The position numbers were made by a program, and so were the translations under genes. A stretch of 64,000 bases of DNA from an uncultured bacterium (GTDB lineage: Bacteria > Omnitrophota > Omnitrophia > Omnitrophales > Aquincolibacteriaceae). This document shows positions 12,501 through 21,500 of the stretch, one piece after another. The stretch's first letter is position 1. Each line of letters begins with the position of its first letter. The DNA is taken from assembly GCA_964482725.1 (NCBI GenBank), contig CAYZYT010000004.1, forward strand, positions 104,063 to 168,062. Reading direction: 5' to 3'. The notes under the pieces were generated by a model. That model worked only from the letters and a program-made list of their open reading frames with translations. It made no database searches and was not told the origin of the DNA.

Positions 12501-15500
12501 GGTTTTGAAAAGCAAGATCATGACCTATCGCGAGTATGCCGACATCCTCTCCGGGCGCGGCGCAGCGAGCCGGGCGGAATTGCGGGAAGAGAAGGCTCCG
12601 AACCGTGAACGAAAAATGGAAAAAATCCGGCAGCGTCCCTCGAGGCGTTCAGACGGGAAAGAAAGTAAATGGGATGTCTTTGACCGGTTCGTGCAGAAGG
12701 TGAACCTTCTTAATTTTGAAGAGGTCAAGCAAACGGAAGAGCTTAAGAGCTTGAGCAAAAAGCGGGAGCTTCTTGTAAGTTTTGGGATCCCGGAGGCTGC
12801 GGAAGTCGAAGCAAAATATCTCATAGGCGCGATCGGCAAGCTATTCAAGAAAATGCAAGCCGAAGGGGCGGGCCGCCAGCAACCTATTATTTGGACGGAT
12901 TTTTTAAGCTACGGCGGGCAGGGGCGATATCTGACGGCTTACAAGGATGAAAATCCCGAAGGCGGTTGGATCGTCAAGGTCGCGGCCAGCGAAGAAAGCA
13001 GCCGGTACATGGATCTCTATTCTCTGGAGGGGACGCGTCTGGCTCTAGAGCGCCTCGGCGGCGGTCTCGCAGCCAGCACGATGATCATCGACGGGAGAAA
13101 GAACGGAAAGGATTTCTTTTTCCGGTCGGGAAAGCGTGCGATGTATGAAAGCGTCGCGATCGTTCAGGAAAAGTTGTTACCCCTCGTGGAATATTTGAAG
13201 CAGGTCGGTCGGCGCGGCGCCTCGGACCGGGAAGTTTCTGAGGCGATCGGGTACATGGAAAAATACAAACAGCTTGCGATCGCGATGTACCGGCGGGGCA
13301 TTGTGGATGCGGACAATTTTAACGTGGTCGGCAACTATGGTATCCGGCCCTCGGACAAAAGCCTCGCTATTTTTGATCTCGGCGATCTTACCGACAGCTT
13401 AAGGAGCGCACAATCCTTTGTCGCGGAACTGGACAGCTTTAATGAGGATAGGGCGGATGATTCCGCCGAGATCGACGGGGTCCTGCTGGATCCGAAAGTC
13501 TCTCGGGCGTTTACGGACAACCCCTTCCGGACAGAGGATTTTGTTCTTCATGGCAAGGATCTGTTCGGTTCGGAATTCGATCCCAAAAAACATGGCATGA
13601 CCTTTCCGTTATCGGAAGACGAGGTCCGTCGCATGTTCCTGGGGAGTTCGATCCGGGAGCCCTCTCAAGACCGTCGCTCAGAAATTCGAATTTCTGGAGC
13701 GAACAAAAAGCTAGCGCGAAAGGAAGACCGTCGCGCTGAACTGCGCGATGCAGAGACCTGGAGAGGGCGCGGGGCCGAATCGCCGCTCCGGCTGGAGAAG
13801 GTGACATTATTAAATGAACTGGCAGCAAAAGTCCCCGAAGGGACGAAACGTACTTTCAGAGCGCTGGCCAATGCTTCCGGCGGCCGTTACTCCTATTCCG
13901 CGATCCGCGGCATAGCTGTGTATTATGCGATCACTCCGGAAGAGGGAGGTTTTGAGCCGGAAGAAATATGGACAAGAAAAGAGTGGGTTGAAAATCTCCC
14001 GAAGGGAGCCCGCGCGCTGAGTAGGGGGCAAAGGCCTACTGCCGAAAACATTTCAGCCGCGTTAAAGGAAAAATTCGGCATCGTTAGATCGCCTGCCCAG
14101 ATCCGCGAAGCCCTATCTTTTCATAAGATCACTTATCGAGAAGTCGAAATGGTTCGCGATCTCAGCATTGATCCAAGAAACGATGACGCATGGAAGGAGT
14201 TTTTTAAAAGGCATGTCCAAACTCTAGGGCCCGGGCTTCACGCTGTTTCGGAGCTCGCAGAAAAACTTTCGTCAGTCGCGGCGAATAAAAAACTCGAGGC
14301 GGGGTTTATCGGGATCGGCGCAAGCCAGATCGAAAGGATCATGATCTTACACCGTCTTTCTTACGAAGAACTGGGTCTGAAGAAGGTCAGGCCTGCTCCG
14401 AAAACGCAGGACGAATGGATTTTGCTGGTCCGAGAACTGGTCGACAAAATCCCGGCGGGAGTAAAAAAGACGCTTGGCAATGCAGCTCAGGCGTCCGGGG
14501 GTCTATTCACTTACAGCCGGCTCTATCACGCCATGAGCGACCATGATATTTCGTACAACGAGGTCGGACTTGAAACGCCTCGGAGACAACCTCGCCGGTC
14601 GCGCGCCGACTGGCTGGCTTACTTCAAGGAATTGGCGGCGGCTATTCCGGAAGGTTTCCGTAAGGTGCTCGGCAACGCCGCGGAATTTTCCGAAGGCGCT
14701 GTGACGTTTTCTCAACTTCTCAAGGCCAAAGTGAATCATGGATTCTCTTACGAAGAGATCGGGCTGGAGCGTTTTTACCAGATCCTGGGCCTGGTTCCGG
14801 AATCGGTGGATTGGCAGATCCAGACAAGTTATGAAAAAGGCCGCAGCGGAAAAGGGCGATGGGAAACGGTGAGGACTAAGGCCGTCGGACCTCGCATACT
14901 CGGTCCCGACGAAGAAGCTTCCCGCCAGGAACGAATGGACCACCTCGAAAAAACGATCGTCCTTTTAGGCTCTGACGCCGGGAAAATGATCGATCAGGTG
15001 CTGGATGCCTTGGCTCAGGGCGCGAGCATGGACAATCTTTCCGATCTATCGGAAAAAAGCGACGTTGATCCGCAGGCGCTTCGAGAAATGATGGGTCGTC
15101 TCCGGAAAATCTACCACCGGCTTGTTGCCGGCCAACCGATCCCTCAGGAGTGGATCGGTGAAAGTGAAACCCAAGATTACCCCACAGGTGCACCTACGGG
15201 GTTGTCTCAGGGAGTTCTTTCGAGGTCCGAAGTGCGGAATGGGCAGGCGTTGAAAATGTGGGGAGCCTGGAAAACGAAAGAAGAAGCGTTGATCGATCTG
15301 GAGCTTAAAAAATCGCAGGCGATGCTCGCGATGCATCCGTGGAGCTTCCTCGCCTTGCTTAACGGGAAAGAGAATCCGAGGCTTTCGGGTGAGATCGGAG
15401 AGCTTTTGAACCGTTGTTTTGAGATGCTGGCGTGGGCGGTTGGGCAATTTCACGGCCAGCCGGTCGAGGTGCTTCAAATGGAAGAGGCCCGGAAGCTGGA

Positions 15501-18500
15501 AAGCGCGGCCCGGCAGTACCGTGTTCTTCTTGAGGTCTTGCACGGGCTCGACAAAGGGAAGCTCCCGTTCGACAAAATTGTCAGCCAGAACGACTTTGAA
15601 ACCGTCCGGCAATACACTTTTTCAGACAACGGAACCCTGTATCCGGTCCGCGTCATCTGCCGGTGGGAATCCGCCGAAGCAAAAGAGGCAAGGCTTGCCG
15701 TGAATGTCCTTTTGCCGCTGGGGTCCTCTTCTGAGGAGGACATCGCCCGGCACAAGAAGGGGCCCGGGCTTCCGCCGCTTTCCGACAGGCAAATGATCTC
15801 TCTGCGGATCGATTGGAGCAATAGGACCGAACGGGCGGAAATGGATATTTCCGGAGGTTCAAACGAAAAACTTCCTTTTGCGCGTAGGCATTGGGTCCTG
15901 AACGACTTGTCCCGACAGGCGACTTTCAGGAACTTTGTTCTTGGGATGGACCAAAAGCTCGCGAAGCTTTCCTCGGCTTCTGCGCCCGTTCCATCTGAAA
16001 AACATCGTTCTGAGATGAGGGAAGTCTTTAAGCTTGGGGGCGAGTTCACGCGCGAGACGATGGAGCGGATGATCCGCGAGCTGGCCGGACAACAGAAAGT
16101 CGATTTTGAGACGGAGGAGGGCGACAGGTTCACCGTCCATTACACTTTTCAGGATCAAGGCTATCAACAGGGCTGGTACCAGCCTTTCCGCGCCGAAGGT
16201 GAACGTTTCCGGCTCCTACTGACCCGGCATGTTGGCGCGAGCGAAGATCAGGTTGCTTTTGCGAATGCCAAACTTGTCGAACGGGACGGGAAGAAAGTCG
16301 CTGTCATGGATCATGGGTTCGGGAAAGAAGAGATCCTGAAGGGAAAGAGCATTTTAATGGATCGGGAAGTCGTCGCTTTGCAGACCGAGGACCGGTATGT
16401 TGGGTTGTTCAAAGGGATCGGGACGGCGATGATGCAACTCGCATGCGGCGTGGCACGAGCCCATGGGGCGGATGTGCTTTACGCCGAATCCATTGCTAGC
16501 AAGGAATTGGAATCCTTTTATGTTCAGGCCGGCGGTGTCATGGAAGATTATCAGGCGGTTTTTGAGGTTATGGATTCCTCCGAGGACGGGAACGCTGCTT
16601 CTACTTATTTCAGCACGAGACAACGCGCAAAATTCGATTTAAAAAGCCTTCCTCAGCTGGAACGTTTCCAGATTGAGAAGATTAGTTCCGACGCAAAACT
16701 TTCCGGGCACCGCGTACTCGCCTTATCCGACGAGGTGCAGAAGCATAATCCAAGCCCTGCGGATCTCCCAAGCAATTTTGAGATGAATCGTTCGGAAGTG
16801 CGGGGGAAGAATATTAATCGGAAAATTGTTGTTGCGATGACGCCGGAAGCGGAAAAACGTGCCCGGCGACTCCAGCAAGCGCTTAAACTTTTGGCGACGA
16901 CGTATCCTGAAGGTGTGACTTATGAGCTTGTTGCCAAAACCATGAACGAGCTTCCCAGGGATCCGGAACCTTCTCTTTCGTGGTATGCGCTCGCGAAATG
17001 GACCGAAGCCCATCCGGACCTTCCTTCGGTCGTTTTATTGAGAAAAATGCAGCGGGCTTCTTCGGCGCTCCAGGACGCGCTGAGCGATCTTGTAAAGCGA
17101 CCCGCAAAACAGAATTGGACCCCAGATCTTAAAAAGCTCCGGCACGACCTTCTTGGGAAAGCCCTGGAGTTGAACCTCCACGGAGCTTTTGTTTTTCATC
17201 CCTACACGGACGAGCGATACGTTTGGCGCGTCCTGGGATTCATGGAAGATGGGTGGAAAGCGGTATTTGAGGACATTCAAAGCAAAGAGGGCCAACTCTT
17301 GATCACGCTGCGTCTTGAAAAAGAAGGCGAGGAAGTTTTCCTGAGAACCTTTGCTGTAGGAAAAGAGAAACGGGCTTTGCTGGGCGTGCTCGGCAAAAAA
17401 GGTCAGCCGACAAAACAAGCCCTGGATATTCTGCCGCTGGAAGACAAGACCATTTATGGAGAAGAGAAAAAAGCCTACCGCATTCTTTCGGAACTTGTCG
17501 GCAGGCCGGAAGGTTACGCCTGGCAGGCGGATGAAGATAAATTAAACGATTTGATCGGGGAGGAGCTCGGCGAAGTTTCTCCACGAGGTGTTTCGAGCTT
17601 TTCGCCAGCCAAGTATTTCGCCTACCGGTGGTTTCTTTTGGGAACGCGTGAAGCGGGATGGAGCGCCAGGATCATGGAGGCGGGGATCCGGAGCGCCGCG
17701 CCTGTTTTTAAAGTTAAATTTTACAGAGAGGACGGGAAAAAAGAAGCTTTCGAAAAGGAATATCAACTAGGGCCTAAGCGGAAAGATCTGAAATATACCG
17801 GCCCCCGGAAAAACACGGCGCCTCTTTCCATTTGGGACATCGTGCCATTGAATGATGCGGGAGTTTTTGCGCCGGAACGACCCGCCCAAGAAAAAATAAC
17901 GGAAGCGCTCGCGGCCCTTCTGGCGGAAGGTGCGGTGGTCTCGCAGGCATTACTTGCCGAAAAAGCGGATGTTGGGGAGAACACCGTTGTCCGCATCAAA
18001 AAAGAAAACGCGGTTCTCGGGAAAAAGATCGATGAAGCCGTAGCGACCTCGCTTTATAAGAAGATCGAAGCTTTTCTCAAAGATCATCCCGGGGCCAAGC
18101 AAAAAGATATTGCGGAAGCGATCGGCGTGAGCCCGAGTGCGATCGTCTACTATAAGAGCACGAATGAAGAAATCCGCAAATTGATCGAAGTGAATCAGCC
18201 GGTTCAGGATAAAAAAGCTCTCTCGCCAGGAAAGGGGTCTCAGACGAAGGAAACAAGATCTGCCCCAAAGACAGAAGCACCGCGGAAAGAAAAAAAGATC
18301 CCTCAGCCCAGAGTTTCCCCCGCGCAAGACAAGCCCGCCATTCCCGAGGAGAAACCTGAAGAGGGAAAAGCGGCAAAACCCACGGAACTCAAGGGTGTCA
18401 CCGCCGTTCCCGAGATCCAAACGTACGCCATGCTTGATGAGGGGATTGTGACGCTTTTTGAAAGACGGTACGCTCCGATTTTGGAAGAACTTTCGGACCA

Positions 18501-21500
18501 GGCGGTGGATGAACCTTCGGAAACGGTCGAAAAAAGCGAAGCGCTTCTCGGGCGGCTGGATCTTGTTTTGAAAAATTTTGAAAAGTCTTCTCCGACGCTG
18601 TTGGGGAGGCTGAAAAATATACGGGGCAAATTGGAGAGCATTCAGTCTCTGGCCCGCGTGAACGATGATGCGGGTTTTGATGGCTCCGAGGGCGAATCGC
18701 GCGACCCGTCCCGTTCGGAAGTTCGGACCGCGCCGGATCTAACAATAAAGGCAGAGGACAGAACGCGCTTCCTGAAAAAGAATCGCGGGAAAGACCTGAA
18801 CGAGATGGTGAAAAGCATGATCCGGGACGCAACACGGTACTCCGAAGAAGGCGCGGCGCGGGTTCTTTATGCGGAGCCGAAGGAGCCTGTTTTTATTCCT
18901 GAAAAATATGATGCTTATCTTGGCTACAGTGCTTTGGATACGGCGCTTTGGGAAATTTTCGGGAATGCGCTTAAATATTCTCCCAAAGAAAAACCGATCC
19001 GGATCGCGCTTGAAAGGGAACCCGGGCACATTCTCTTGAAGGTCTCAGATTCAGGCATTGGGATATCCGCTGAAGAAATGAAACATGCCGGGACAGTAGG
19101 TTGGCGCGGAGAGCGGGCCCAGGCCTATTTCAAACTTGGCGCCGGAAGAGGGATCGCTCAGACAAAAGAGATCATCGAAAGGATCTACGGCGGTTCGGTA
19201 ACGATTGAAAGCCCCGGGGAAAACCAAGGGACGATCGTTACCATAACGCTCCCTCTGAGCGATTCAGCGGGACGGGCAAAGTTGGATTCAGACAAGCTCC
19301 GCTACAAAGACACAGCGGACTTTATGGCCCGACACAGCGTGATAGAGAAGGGCGTGGTCTATACGGTTCGGGATATTCTCGACCGGGAGTTGCCATCCGC
19401 GGTTTATGCGCTTGAAAAGGTCCAGGAATTACGCCGGCGAATGGACGCATCCGGTAAGCGAGAAACGCCGCTTATCCTTTGGCAGAATATGAGCTTGGGG
19501 CAGTTCTTTCCTTATTTTAGCGAAACCGTTAAAACGGAGCTGGGAGTCTTGGAGCTGTCCGAAGATGTTTCGAAATGGCAAGCCCAGATCGCGGATCTTC
19601 AGCCGGGCAAAAGCCGCTTCATTCTGATCAAACAAAAAATAGCTTCGAGCTTCCCGGGGGAGAATAAAGATTACGCGAATTATCCGGAAGAGGAGTGGGA
19701 CCCGTCGGTGGAGACTTGGGGGGCGAAGGAAATAGAGAGGATCGCCAAGACTTTGCGCGCTCCCGTTGTGATGGTGGATCATACGGGGAAGGAATTCTCA
19801 AACGGACAAAGGCTCTTGGCGGAGCACGCGCAGCGAAGCGGAATTAAAACGCATTGGATGAATAGCCGCTTGAGCGAGGACCTTGGGAAGGATAAAGATC
19901 TTTGGAGCTCGGACAGTCTCCTCGTGCTGCTCAATGCGAATGCAGATCCAGAGAGAAAGAAATCCTTATTCGATGATAGTGAGAATTTTTCAAAAACCCG
20001 GCGGATCCTCTCGGGGATCATTAACGGAGAAAAGATAAACTTCGTCGACGCACTTATGGAGGCCTATGCGGCCGCTACGCTCCAGGCTCAAGAAGCTCGT
20101 CGCTCGGAAATGCGTTTGCCCGCGAGCGGGGGGAGAAAATCCTCCGGAGCGGTGACTTTTCTCAAGAAAAAGGAAGTCCCGGGAGTCGTTACGGCAGTTT
20201 CTTTCGAAGGAAAACCGTATGCGCTGTCCGCGATCGGGACGATGCTGCAGATCCGGGATCAATTCAATTTTGGCATTCTTCTTTTCAAGCTGATTCCCGA
20301 ACGCCAGCGCAATGCCTTTATCGCTTCTTTGCCGCGGGAGACTCAGGAAAGGGTTCAAGCCTACCGTCGCGCACCCGCGGCCGGCGCTACACGGCTTATG
20401 GTCGAGGTCCTCAAAAACGAGGATTTTACGGCGCAGATCAAAGCCAATGCGGCGGTCCAGATTGGGATCGGGCAGGACCTAGCTACGAGTGTCGTGAGGT
20501 TCGAGGTCGAACAAGTCTCAGATGAAAAAGCCGTTTTCAGGATCTTTCTCGGGGAAGTGCCGGTCGAATATGACGTCAGCCTCGGGAAAACCTACATGGT
20601 GGCCCGGGAGAAGGTTTTGGAGGAGCCGCTCGATGCCGCCGAACTTTTTACTGTGTCGTCCGATGTCCTTTCCGCGGGCAAGCACTTTTCTTTCCGGATG
20701 TTCCTGAAAGATAATGCGACCTGGATCCATATGGTTGATTATAAGTCTACGAACGGAACGGTTCTTTGGGCGGAGGTTTATCCGAAGAAAGTGGATTATC
20801 CGAGGCGCAAACAGGACCGGGCGATCTGCGAGAAAGAAATTCGAAAAATGCTGGAGGACTTTTCGGACAAAATGCGGGCCGATGGCCTCGCGACGGACCC
20901 GGAGACGAAAGATGTGAAGTACCAGGAGGCCTTAAACGAGGCGGCCTCGCTCTATATCGAGAGTTCCAAGTTTCACGAACTGGAAGAGCTGAGGAAAAAA
21001 TTGATCGAGAACTACTTTTTTTCCAATACCAGCTCTTCTCTCGGGGCTTCGACGAGGAGCCAGTACGCCCTTGAAACGCTGGAATCTTTACTGGAGGATG
21101 ACCGGATCTCGGTTTGGGAGCCCATCCTCGAGGCGGCTGTTAAATACGTCCGGTACTTTGTTCATCTGGTCCGTCTTCTCAAAACCGAAAAGCTCAAGCT
21201 CGCCCCGTCTAAGCTCCAGTACGAGATGGTGCGCGCTCTTTCCAAAATAAACGGGAAGGAAACAGAGGTCCCGGAAGCGTCCAAATTCAACAAAGAGATC
21301 TTCGGCAAAACCCTCCGCATCGACACCTTGCCGAGGTCTGAAGCCCGGACTTCCCGAACCCCGGATCAGACCCCGGCTCTAAACCCCGGGTCTGCGGCGG
21401 GTGCGAAGCGGGAAGAATCTGGACAAAGTGTTCGCAACGCCCTGGTCGTGCGGGACCGGATCGAGAAACTCACGGGCGCCGGGACGATCCTGATGAGTCG

